DNA of 64,000 bases. Source: Candidatus Kapaibacterium sp. Lineage in GTDB: Bacteria > Bacteroidota > Ignavibacteria > Kapaibacteriales > UBA2268. Under the pieces are notes generated by a model, which saw only the letters and a program-made list of their open reading frames with translations, made no database searches and was not told where the DNA came from. The position numbers were made by a program, and so were the translations under genes. The stretch is from positions 1,184,001-1,248,000 of the forward strand of contig OY761611.1 of assembly GCA_963664875.1 (NCBI GenBank), read 5' to 3'. This document shows positions 38,330 through 48,027 of this stretch, one piece after another (within the stretch, counting starts at the first letter, position 1; each line of letters opens with the position of its first letter).

Positions 38330-38773
38330 TTACTCTGGAAGTTCGCTTAAAGTCCAATAAATATTAATTGTTTTTATAACATCAACAAACTGCTGATAAT
38401 CCACCGGTTTTGTCATATATCCGGCAACACCATTGTTGAAGCTATTCATCCTGTCTCTTTCCTCTGAAGAAGTAGTAAGTACGACAATAGGAATCTTCCT
38501 AAGTCTCTCTGTTTCTTTTGCTACTTTCATAAATTCGAGACCATTCATTTTAGGCATATTTAAGTCTAAAAGAATGATGCAAGGAATTTCGTTGTCAGTA
38601 TTAGTAAGGTATTCCAATGCTTCTTCTCCATTGGAAGCAACGACGACATTATTGGTTACTTTGATTTCTTTCAATGCTCTTTTTACTGTCATAGCATCTA
38701 CTTTATCATCTTCAACCAATAAAATGGGCTTTTTACTTTTCATATAAAAACTCGCAAGGTATATATCATTCAT
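38330..38773 (-). CDS. Single-domain response regulator (Rcp1-like)
   Basis: ILLVEDDKVDA, ILLDLNMPKMNGLE, IPIVVLTTS, YMTKPVD...YW; start overlaps the upstream stop (ATGAATGA). Confidence 0.9.
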   Translation of the reverse strand: MNDIYLASFYMKSKKPILLVEDDKVDAMTVKRALKEIKVTNNVVVASNGEEALEYLTNTDNEIPCIILLDLNMPKMNGLEFMKVAKETERLRKIPIVVLTTSSEERDRMNSFNNGVAGYMTKPVDYQQFVDVIKTINIYWTLSELPE

Positions 38774-40619
38774 AAGCTACTTTTGATTTTGACAATGTGA
38801 AGTAAAATATTGTGTATTCATCTATAGATGATTCGATCCAAACTGAACCTCCATAGAGCTCTATAATTTTTTTGACAATTGATAATCCAATGCCGGTATT
38901 ATCATTGTCCTCTTTCTGTTCTAACGTTTGAAAGATACCAAATATTTTTTCATGATACTTTTTATCTATACCGACTCCATTATCTTTTACAGCAAACTGA
39001 TAGACTTCATCTAAATCCTCAAACAAAATCTCTACCTGTGCATTTTGCTTATCGCAATATTTAATTGAATTACTTACTAAATTTTGAAATACTTGTTCAA
39101 TTCTTATCCTATCTGCAATAATTACAGGTAAATATTCAGGCAAAGAGAATGAAAAATGTTTAGGCGGATTGAGTATATCAATAATATCTTCAAGCAACTC
39201 TTTAAGTTCAATTCTTTCTTCTTTATTAACAATCCGACCTACTCTGGAATACTCCAAAATTCCATTAATCAATTTATTTAGTCTATCAACTCTTTTTATC
39301 AATAATTCTGCCAGTTCTTGGCCATCTTTATCGAGTTCGTCTTTGTAATCTTGGAGGAACCACTGAGACAACTGACTTATGCCTCGCAACGGTGCTTTCA
39401 AGTCATGAGAAACCACATACGCAAAATCTTTTAATTCGTTGTTTGCAGATTGCAATTCTGCAGTTCTTCTTCTTACTCTATCTTCAAGCTCTGCATTTAG
39501 CTGTTTGACTTCTTCTTCAATCCTTTTTCTGTCAGTGATATCTGTAGCAATTGCTTCTAATGCTATAGGAGCACCATTAGCATCTTTCACTATTACAGAT
39601 TTTTGATAAAACCATCTTACATCACCGTTTTTATGAGTTATCTGATATTCGTAAGCCGGCAAAACATTTCCATGTACAATATCGCTCCAAATATTTTCGA
39701 ACCAGGCATGGAATGAAGGATGCATAATTTTCTTCATAAAAAGAGGTTCTTTATAGAAATCATTTGGCGTGTAGCCTGACATTTCGACAATAGCAGGGCT
39801 CATATATTCATAAAAACCATCAGGAATAGAGATTCTATATATAGCATCTTTAGCATTTTCAGTTAGCCTTCGATATCTCATTTCGCTATCACGGAGACTC
39901 TCTTCAGCAAAATCTCTTTCTTTTTCACGGTTCTGAATCACCTCTAGCATCTGATTAAACTCATTAAACAAAAGACCTATCTCATCATAGTATAAATTTT
40001 TAAGTCTTATGGAATAATCCCCTTTTTCGGTAATTTCATTTGTAATATTTGTCAATTCTATAATAGGATCTGAGATAATTTTTTGCAATCTGGAAGCCAA
40101 AAGATAGGTTATTATAAAAAGCAGTATGATTAGCATCAACACTATGTAGATAGAGTCAAGTATTTTTTTACTTAATTCTGTATTTGCCCTTATATAAAGA
40201 AATCCGAGCTTTTCACCCATGTAGGTGATTGGTTCAAAAATATGGAGAATATCCCCCTCAAAATGAGTAACATGCGAATCAAACGATTTTGATTTTATAT
40301 GAGTAGAAGGATGACCGGGGCGTGCATAAGAAACTATTTTGGTAGCACTTGTATCGTAAATCTGTGCATGAGTTATATTTGGTATATATTCGAGCTGTTT
40401 AAGAATATCAGCTGTCTTTTCTGTCATATTGTACAAAATACCTGGTGCTACGGATTCGCTATAAAGCTTAGCATTGACTTGCATCTGAGTGCTAATTTCA
40501 TTTTTAAGAGTAATAATATTGTTAATAGTAAGTAAAGCCATACCCAAAACAATCACCAAGCTGGTAATCATAAGAATAATCGAGATGATTTTGTTTTTTA
40601 TTGAAAGCTTTTTAAACAT
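38766..40619 (-). CDS. Membrane sensor histidine kinase: periplasmic (CHASE8-like) - HAMP - PAS - HisKA - HATPase
   Basis: Two TM segments; HAMP ISDPIIEL...DEIGLLFNEFNQML; FAYVVSHDLKAPLR; QNLVSNSIKY; TGIGLSI. Confidence 0.88.
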   Translation of the reverse strand: MFKKLSIKNKIISIILMITSLVIVLGMALLTINNIITLKNEISTQMQVNAKLYSESVAPGILYNMTEKTADILKQLEYIPNITHAQIYDTSATKIVSYARPGHPSTHIKSKSFDSHVTHFEGDILHIFEPITYMGEKLGFLYIRANTELSKKILDSIYIVLMLIILLFIITYLLASRLQKIISDPIIELTNITNEITEKGDYSIRLKNLYYDEIGLLFNEFNQMLEVIQNREKERDFAEESLRDSEMRYRRLTENAKDAIYRISIPDGFYEYMSPAIVEMSGYTPNDFYKEPLFMKKIMHPSFHAWFENIWSDIVHGNVLPAYEYQITHKNGDVRWFYQKSVIVKDANGAPIALEAIATDITDRKRIEEEVKQLNAELEDRVRRRTAELQSANNELKDFAYVVSHDLKAPLRGISQLSQWFLQDYKDELDKDGQELAELLIKRVDRLNKLINGILEYSRVGRIVNKEERIELKELLEDIIDILNPPKHFSFSLPEYLPVIIADRIRIEQVFQNLVSNSIKYCDKQNAQVEILFEDLDEVYQFAVKDNGVGIDKKYHEKIFGIFQTLEQKEDNDNTGIGLSIVKKIIELYGGSVWIESSIDEYTIFYFTLSKSKVAYE

Positions 40620-41162
40620 TTACTCTCCAACAACTACTCCAATATTGAGTATGTATAAATCAAATTCCAACTTAGCTCTTCTTATCGCACGCGGATTTAT
40701 CTCGAAGCTCAATTTACCGTCATCGGTAACAAAAAAGTTTATCATTATACCCTTTCTACCCATGCCGTCGCTTTCTGCCATAGTTAGAATAGATTTTTTT
40801 TCGCAAAACTGAATTATTTTATCTATATCCGAGTCAAATTTTCTTGAGATAAATAAGATTTGGCATTGTTTGCATTGAGAAATTGAATTATAGTTTTCAA
40901 TCACTACTTCTTTATTATTGATTTTAGTATTTTTATACATATTCTTAGCAACTTCTGTAATTCGGCTATCTCCCAAAACACCAATTATAAACTTATCAGG
41001 GTCAGAATAATTAAAGCCTGAAATTGATTTTGAGAAATGTTGGAAAAAACTTGATTTTACTCTGTACTCAATATCCAAATTGAATACAGAAAGTGGTAAT
41101 AAAAAGAATAGTAAACAAGATACTATTATATATATTATTTTATTTGTCTTGTTTTTCAACAC
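40620..41162 (-). CDS. YfiR/HmsC (DUF4154) family periplasmic regulator
   Basis: N-terminal hydrophobic leader; FIIGVLG, CQILFIS, MINFFV..GKLSFEIN..AIRRA. Confidence 0.8.
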   Translation of the reverse strand: MLKNKTNKIIYIIVSCLLFFLLPLSVFNLDIEYRVKSSFFQHFSKSISGFNYSDPDKFIIGVLGDSRITEVAKNMYKNTKINNKEVVIENYNSISQCKQCQILFISRKFDSDIDKIIQFCEKKSILTMAESDGMGRKGIMINFFVTDDGKLSFEINPRAIRRAKLEFDLYILNIGVVVGE

Positions 41163-41182
41163 AACACCGTATAGTCTTGACT

Positions 41183-44100
41183 TTATAGTTTCACTTTACT
41201 TTTACTTATAGAGAAGCTAAATTTACTTCCTTTTGAAATTTCTGATTCTAATGAGATAGAACCACCATAGAATTCAACTATCTTTTTAGCAATGCTAAGG
41301 CCAATCCCTGAAGATTCCTCATTATTGCCGTCAATAGTTTGGAAAATATTGAATATCTTTTTAAAATATTTCTCATCAATACCTATACCATTATCTTCTA
41401 TAGAAAAATAATGATAGTTAGAATCCTCTGAATATCCTAAATTTAGGAGAACTTCTTTTTTATCATTGTACTTAAAGGCATTAGAAATCAGATTTTGGTA
41501 TATCTGTGAAATACGTGTTTTATCTGCTTTTATTACAGGTAAAACATGGTTTATTTTAATTTCTGAATTTCTTTCGTCTTTTACAAGGTCAAAAATTTCT
41601 TGTATTAGTTTATTCAAGTCAATTTCTTCGGCTTGTTCTTCGATTCTTCCGACTCTTGAATAATCGAGTACACCATCTATGAGAGTGTACATCTTTTTAA
41701 TTCTTGACTGTAGCAAATCAAACATTTCAATATTTTCTGATTCCAATTTTTCTTCAATATCTGTTCTTATCCATTCTGAAAGTTGGCTAATGCCTCGTAG
41801 CGGAGCTTTCAAGTCATGAGAAACAATATATGCAAAATCTTTTAGTTCTGTATTAATATTTTGCAATTCAGAAGTTCTGTCCTGAATTCTTTTTTCCAAA
41901 GTTTTATTTAAAGAAATCAGTTCATTTTGATAGTTAGCTCTTTCTATCTCTGCAGCTATTCTCCCTGCAAAGATTTGTAATATTTCTTTTGATAACAAAT
42001 CATCTTCTATCGGACGCTGAAACAGTGCTAAAAGGACACCTATCACTTCATTATCAGAACCAATTAGAGGAGTACCAACATAACCTTCGATGGATAAATC
42101 CTTAAGAATATTATCTTGCGGAAATATTCCTGCTACATCTTCATGATAAACACTCATGCCATACTCTAATACATTTTTGCTAGGCGTACCTTCAATTTCC
42201 GTAATCAGATTGCCAATTATCTTGTCCTTATTAGCTAAAGAGATGGATTTGACTGTTTTTTCATCTTGTTTTACACCAATAAAAGCGAAATCGCTTTTTA
42301 AGATTTTATTCAGATTAAGTGCAATGGAATTGAAAAATTCTTGTCCGGTGTAGGCTGCTACAGCTTCCACAACTGACTGAATTGCGTCATAAGCACGCTT
42401 CCTGTCTGAAACGTCTCTGAAAAATGCCAAAACAAGCTTGTCGTTATCGTTATTTATTTTTGTAATTGCTATTTCTGCATCAAACAATAAGCCATCCTCT
42501 TTTTGATGAAGGAAAGTAAATTTTGCAGAATTACCGGCAATTACTGCACTCGTAATCTCTTTGGCTTTTTGTATTGAGTTTTCACCTTTATATTGAGTTT
42601 CAGGCATAAAATTGTATATGGATTTTCCTTTCATTTTTTCAGGAGTGCTAGAAAACAATCTGAAGAATTCCGGATTTGCTTCTTTGATTATATCATTTTC
42701 CATAATGAGAATACCGTCGATTGCATTATCAAAAAGTGATCTATACCAATGCTCACTTTGCTCAAGTGCTTGAGATATTTTCATCCTTTGTGTTTGATCT
42801 TCATATAAAATAACTATCTCAGTTACAAGGTTGTTTTCAGTTAGAGGATAAACAAAACTATAAAGCCATTTCATTTCTTCTTTATCATCTAAATTGCCAA
42901 GCTGTTGGAATAAAAACGGACCTATTGCAGATGAAATCCCCTGTTTAGCTTTGTCGAAATATTCTTTGTATCCGAATTTAGAATGCTGCAAATCATTATA
43001 AACATTGAAGCCTAACTGTTCTTTTGTTGTGCTCGTCCAGAGCTGCTCCCATGCTTCATTTGAATACATCAAATCGCCATTCAAATCAAATATTAACGTT
43101 GCCATAGGAGATTGATTAAGAACTTTAGCAAGTCTTTCCTGTGATTTCTTTAAATCGGATTCTACTTTTTTACTCTCGCTAATGTCCCTTCCTTCGGCTA
43201 TTACTTCAAAAAACTCACCTTTCCCATCATAAATTGGCTTTAGAGAAAAATCGACTATAATTTTTTTGCCATTTATATTTTGATGTGTTGCCTCAAATCG
43301 AATAAATTTACCATTTTGTACTTCTCTAAACGCAGATATAAGATTTAGTTTCGCTTCTATATCTAATTCCCAGAATTCTGTTTCCCAAAACAATTTCCCA
43401 ATCAAAGCCTGTTTGTCTTTAGAAATAAAATCCGATGCAGACTTATTTATTTCTTTTATATAGCCATACTTATCAAGAACGGCGATAAACTGGAATGTAG
43501 AATCAAAAAAGATTCTGAATTTATTTTCTGTAGCGAAAAGCTCTTTATATGCCAATTCCTTATTCGAATTTAGTCGTCTGGTATTTCTGATAATGTAAAC
43601 AGACAAACCAAACATTATAAAAGCTATAATTGTAAAAGTGGTATTAATGTTAGAATTCAGCTCTGCTACTTTTACCTTGATATCATCGATATATGCACCT
43701 GTTCCTATGATATACCCCCAAGGTTTGAATAGTTTTATATAAGCTACTTTATCACGATAAACATTTGTCTGTTTAACAGAAGTCCATTTATAAAAGACAA
43801 ATCCTTCGGAACTGTCTCTACCAAGTTTATTCATGTTTAATAAGACTTCCTTTTCGGGAGTATTTTCCAATTCATAGAGCTTTTTACCCAAAATATTTAA
43901 TGAGTAAGGATGACTTACCAGCATAGCCTGATCATTAATAACCCAGAAGTAGCCGTTGTTACCATCATACTTCATTGAATTCAATCTCTTAAGCAAACGG
44001 CTTTTTGCTTCAAATTCGGTAAGTTCACCTGATTCATATCTCTTGTAGTAATCAAACACAAGCCCTTCTGCAGAACTTACCATATCATGAAGGAGTTTCT

Positions 44101-44254
44101 TTCTTGAATTGTAATAAGATTCTTCCAAAGCAGGAAGTAAATATAAGTATAAACTACCTACAGACAGTACTAGAGATATGATTACAAGAGTCAATATTTG
44201 GAGAGATTGATTAGACAGATACTGCCTAAGACCCTTATTCTTTTTATTTAGCAT
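41183..44254 (-). CDS. Membrane sensor histidine kinase: Cache - multiple PAS - GAF - HisKA - HATPase
   Basis: Cache-type GYFWVIND...HPY...GFVFYKW...FKPWGYIIGTG; PAS repeats; GAF EGYVGTPL; FAYIVSHDLKAPLR; SGIGLSI. Confidence 0.88.
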   Translation of the reverse strand: MLNKKNKGLRQYLSNQSLQILTLVIISLVLSVGSLYLYLLPALEESYYNSRKKLLHDMVSSAEGLVFDYYKRYESGELTEFEAKSRLLKRLNSMKYDGNNGYFWVINDQAMLVSHPYSLNILGKKLYELENTPEKEVLLNMNKLGRDSSEGFVFYKWTSVKQTNVYRDKVAYIKLFKPWGYIIGTGAYIDDIKVKVAELNSNINTTFTIIAFIMFGLSVYIIRNTRRLNSNKELAYKELFATENKFRIFFDSTFQFIAVLDKYGYIKEINKSASDFISKDKQALIGKLFWETEFWELDIEAKLNLISAFREVQNGKFIRFEATHQNINGKKIIVDFSLKPIYDGKGEFFEVIAEGRDISESKKVESDLKKSQERLAKVLNQSPMATLIFDLNGDLMYSNEAWEQLWTSTTKEQLGFNVYNDLQHSKFGYKEYFDKAKQGISSAIGPFLFQQLGNLDDKEEMKWLYSFVYPLTENNLVTEIVILYEDQTQRMKISQALEQSEHWYRSLFDNAIDGILIMENDIIKEANPEFFRLFSSTPEKMKGKSIYNFMPETQYKGENSIQKAKEITSAVIAGNSAKFTFLHQKEDGLLFDAEIAITKINNDNDKLVLAFFRDVSDRKRAYDAIQSVVEAVAAYTGQEFFNSIALNLNKILKSDFAFIGVKQDEKTVKSISLANKDKIIGNLITEIEGTPSKNVLEYGMSVYHEDVAGIFPQDNILKDLSIEGYVGTPLIGSDNEVIGVLLALFQRPIEDDLLSKEILQIFAGRIAAEIERANYQNELISLNKTLEKRIQDRTSELQNINTELKDFAYIVSHDLKAPLRGISQLSEWIRTDIEEKLESENIEMFDLLQSRIKKMYTLIDGVLDYSRVGRIEEQAEEIDLNKLIQEIFDLVKDERNSEIKINHVLPVIKADKTRISQIYQNLISNAFKYNDKKEVLLNLGYSEDSNYHYFSIEDNGIGIDEKYFKKIFNIFQTIDGNNEESSGIGLSIAKKIVEFYGGSISLESEISKGSKFSFSISKSKVKL

Positions 44255-44530
44255 ATATATAACCTAAACATAGAAGCGAAAAGAAAATCAATATTCAAAA
44301 CAACTATTATCGATTTTGCACAATATATTAAACATTTTCGTTATTTTTCAAAACGAAATATCTATTCTAAAAACTATATTTTATAATAGATAAATGCAAA
44401 GTCCATTGAATTTCAAAATAAGGTATTCCATGTTATATAGACTAATTTGCATTTTTATTATTATTTAATTTTTTTGTACTTTACTATGCTACTTCTTATA
44501 TATACCTTGCATGACTGGCAATAATACTTT

Positions 44531-47236
44531 TTGAGGATAACGTTGCAAGATAAAGTATCTAAAATTGAAGCTAATCACAACAGTAGTGAAGATTTATCAT
44601 TTATAAATGCTTTTTGCGACCCTGTACTACTTATCAGCAAGTCTGACGAGACCTACACTGTCAATGATGCCTTTTTAACTTACTTCAACTTATCCAAAAA
44701 AGATAATATTGATGTAAATAGTTACATAGCAACTTATTCTTCAAAAAACAGCACAATTCAAATCGCCCAAAACGATTACGACTTATTTGTCTTCGAGAGC
44801 GAACTCAGATACTTCGGCAAATTCTATAGTTCAGTGTTCAATAATTCGAAAAATGCAATTTTCTTCCTGAAGGACAATCAGTTTTATCATTGTAATAATC
44901 ATTGTTTAGAGTTATTTGAGTGCAAGCGGGAAGACATAATCGGCAAAACCCCTTATGATTTCTCCCCTATGATTCAGCCCGGAGGTGTTTCAGCCAGACA
45001 CTCAGAGTACCTTATTGCTCAAGCTCGTTTGGGTAATCATCAGCGCTTCAAATGGCAACATCTGAGTAAAAAAGGGAGGCTCTTTTGGTTGGAAGTGGAT
45101 TTGATGCCGGTAGATATCGAAGGAGAGGTATTTGTACAGGCGCTGACAACTGATATTACGGATCTGATAGATAAAAAAGATATGCTCAAAGAGCATATAC
45201 AGTTCTCTGAGACTGTTTTAAATTCTATGGGTGAAGCACTCATCACCACCGACAACTTCGGAAAAATTGTTTCAATGAATCCTGTCGCTGAAAAGTTAAC
45301 AGGATGGAAATTCGAGCTTGCAAAATCCCAGCATATCAATTCTGTTTCCATCATTTCAGATTTGGTTAGCATGAAGCAGGCAAGCTTCAAAGTAGAAGAA
45401 GTTATACAGAAAGGAAGAACTGTTGCACCTAATGCGACTTACCTCTTGAGTGCTAAAAACGGGAGGAAATATTCTATCCAATACAACGCAAGCCCTCTAA
45501 TTGATGCAAAAGGTAAAATATGGGGTGCTATTGTTGTTTTTGCAAACAAAGAGATAGATAAAGAAGTACAAAAAGCACTAAAATCAGAACATAAAAAATT
45601 TAATAATCTTTACAAAAGTTTACCCGAATCTATCGCTATATATGAAATTATCAGAGGTGCAGATAATAGAATTGAAGATTATCTAATCAAAGATGCAAAC
45701 GATGCTTACTTTGAATCTCTCAAACTAAGAGTAGGTCTAAATCCAAAAGATTTGATAGGTAAAAGAATATCTCAGCTTTACCCAGACCATAAGAAAGCTT
45801 ATGAACCACATGTAATTAAAGCACTCCAATCAGGCGAACCGGTAATGCTATCTGATGCAATTACTCTTACCGGAAAAACCAAGTATGTAAATCTTCGATT
45901 TATTCCATTGAGCGAAAATACTATTTGTGTAGTTGTTGAAGACGTATCAGAACTGAAAAAATACAGCACTATGCTCAAGCATCAGGAAAATAAAATCAAT
46001 ACTATTTATAATACTGCTCATAATATAGCTTTTGTCATAAACGAGATCCGTCATCCTTACAAGATATTGGAAATTTCTCCAGGCGGCTTGGAAATGCTTA
46101 GACTCAATCAGATGGAATACAATGTTTCTATCTTTGATTTCCATTTGCCTGAAAACAAATATAGAGTTATTGAGGCTACTGATGAATTAATACTTAAAAA
46201 AGTGGTTTCAAATATCGAAACTCAATTAGTACGTAAAGACGGAGAAGTTTTCGATGCACTCATTAGCTTGCAAACTATTACTTTGGACTCCGGTGAAGAA
46301 GTAGCTTTAGGAGTCGTTACCGATATTACAGAACAAAAAAAAGCTCAAAGAACCCTTGAAGAACTCAATCAAAATTTGGAAAATATTATTAACGAAAGAA
46401 CTATGGAGCTAAAGGCTACATTAGAGGAATTGGAATCTTCAAATATTGAGCTAACAGAATTAAATACTTCAATAGCTTTGGAAACTCAAAAACTAATAAA
46501 GCTCAATGATAAGCTATCTGTTTCAGAGCAGGAATTGCAATACGCAAATGCCACAAAAAACAGATTTTTTTCTATTATTGGTCATGATTTAAAAAATCCG
46601 GTTCATGCACTAATTCTTTCGATTGATATACTCCAAATGCTTCATAAACAAAACGACCGTTCCAAAACAGATCAATATTTGGAACACATGAAAGAAAACA
46701 CTCTCCGACTCAGGCTTACTTTGGAAAATCTTTTAAGTTGGGCTCAGTCACAAGACGGCAAACTAATTGCCAAAAAAGAAGAATTCTTGTTTAGCTCAAT
46801 AATAAATGATTCAATCAAAATCGCATCTGAGCATGTCCGTAGAAAAAATATCAGACTTACTCAGGAATTAGCCTGCAATGTTACAGTCTCTGCAGATAAA
46901 AACATGATTGAGACAGTTGTCCGCAATTTGCTGACAAATGCAATCAAATTCACAAACGAATACGGACAAATCACGATTCGGACTTATGCGGAATCTGATT
47001 TATTAAAATGCGAGATAAGCGATACAGGAATTGGTATGAGCAAGGAAGAACTTTCTATGCTTTTCAGATTGGATTCGCATAATATCAAGAAAGGAACAAA
47101 CAAAGAAACCGGCTCAGGCTTGGGATTGATTTTATGCAAAGAGTTTATAGAAAAAAATGGAGGTACAATCTCCGTTAGCTCTGAATTAGGTAAAGGTTCG
47201 ACTTTTTCTATATCCCTGCCCATTGCCGGAGTATAG
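44531..47236 (+). CDS. Cytoplasmic multi-PAS sensor histidine kinase (start uncertain)
   Basis: Several PAS/PAC units; IIGHDLKNP, RNLLTNAIKFT, DTGIGM, GSGLGL. Confidence 0.87.
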   Translation: MRITLQDKVSKIEANHNSSEDLSFINAFCDPVLLISKSDETYTVNDAFLTYFNLSKKDNIDVNSYIATYSSKNSTIQIAQNDYDLFVFESELRYFGKFYSSVFNNSKNAIFFLKDNQFYHCNNHCLELFECKREDIIGKTPYDFSPMIQPGGVSARHSEYLIAQARLGNHQRFKWQHLSKKGRLFWLEVDLMPVDIEGEVFVQALTTDITDLIDKKDMLKEHIQFSETVLNSMGEALITTDNFGKIVSMNPVAEKLTGWKFELAKSQHINSVSIISDLVSMKQASFKVEEVIQKGRTVAPNATYLLSAKNGRKYSIQYNASPLIDAKGKIWGAIVVFANKEIDKEVQKALKSEHKKFNNLYKSLPESIAIYEIIRGADNRIEDYLIKDANDAYFESLKLRVGLNPKDLIGKRISQLYPDHKKAYEPHVIKALQSGEPVMLSDAITLTGKTKYVNLRFIPLSENTICVVVEDVSELKKYSTMLKHQENKINTIYNTAHNIAFVINEIRHPYKILEISPGGLEMLRLNQMEYNVSIFDFHLPENKYRVIEATDELILKKVVSNIETQLVRKDGEVFDALISLQTITLDSGEEVALGVVTDITEQKKAQRTLEELNQNLENIINERTMELKATLEELESSNIELTELNTSIALETQKLIKLNDKLSVSEQELQYANATKNRFFSIIGHDLKNPVHALILSIDILQMLHKQNDRSKTDQYLEHMKENTLRLRLTLENLLSWAQSQDGKLIAKKEEFLFSSIINDSIKIASEHVRRKNIRLTQELACNVTVSADKNMIETVVRNLLTNAIKFTNEYGQITIRTYAESDLLKCEISDTGIGMSKEELSMLFRLDSHNIKKGTNKETGSGLGLILCKEFIEKNGGTISVSSELGKGSTFSISLPIAGV

Positions 47237-47776
47237 TTAAAGCACTTTGTCAGGATTGTTTTTTACATAATCGCTCCAGCCTGATACTTTCTGCTTAGGT
47301 TGCCCGAATTTCAAACCGTGACAAACAGCAACCGCCAAAGCATCAGTAGCATCAAAGAACTCAGGAGTTTCCGGTATATTCAGTATTTTTCTAACCATAA
47401 AAGACACTTGCTCCTTGGAGGCAGCTCCCCTACCAGTTACACTTTTTTTTACTTCTTTAGGACTGTATTCAGAGATTTCTTTATTGTTCATAGTAGAAGC
47501 CAAAATTGCTGCAGCTCTTGCATGAGATAATTTCATTAGAGATTGTACGTTTTTTGAATAAAACATGGACTCTACAGATACATAGTCCGGTTGAGTTCTT
47601 TTTATTATAGCATCAGTTTTATTATAAATCTCTTTTAATCTAAGGAAGAAATCAGGAGTTGACTTTTTGGCATGTATCACCCCGTATTCAATCAAAGTAA
47701 ACTTATTATTTCCCTGCATATTGATTACACCATATCCGCAAAGCACAGAGCCCGGATCAATTCCTAAAATTATCAT
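47237..47776 (-). CDS. ruvC: Crossover junction endodeoxyribonuclease RuvC
   Basis: IILGIDPG, VSVESMF, EYSPKEVKKSVTG..A.KEQV, DATDALAVA; ATG at 47776. Confidence 0.95.
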   Translation of the reverse strand: MIILGIDPGSVLCGYGVINMQGNNKFTLIEYGVIHAKKSTPDFFLRLKEIYNKTDAIIKRTQPDYVSVESMFYSKNVQSLMKLSHARAAAILASTMNNKEISEYSPKEVKKSVTGRGAASKEQVSFMVRKILNIPETPEFFDATDALAVAVCHGLKFGQPKQKVSGWSDYVKNNPDKVL

Positions 47777-47951
47777 TCCGACGATTCCCCCAAACCTTTG
47801 TCCTAAACTGCGCAAGTAAACTAAGAATAACTGCAATAGAAACAAACTACTATTTTAAAAAACTGCTCGTTTGTATGTTAGATATGGTGTATAGCTGATA
47901 TAAGCTAAGGAGAGGTTAAACAAAATTGTACTCAAAAACTTTAAAATTTGC

Positions 47952-47959
47952 TAACTTTG
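47952..47959 (+). promoter_or_regulatory. Bacteroidota-type -7 promoter element for smc
   Basis: TAACTTTG about 70 nt upstream of the smc ATG. Confidence 0.5.
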
Positions 47960-48027
47960 TAGTCTAACTTGGGTGTGGTTTCTATTAACTGCAGTCTTGT
48001 CTGTTTAATAATATACCCGGAAGATAG

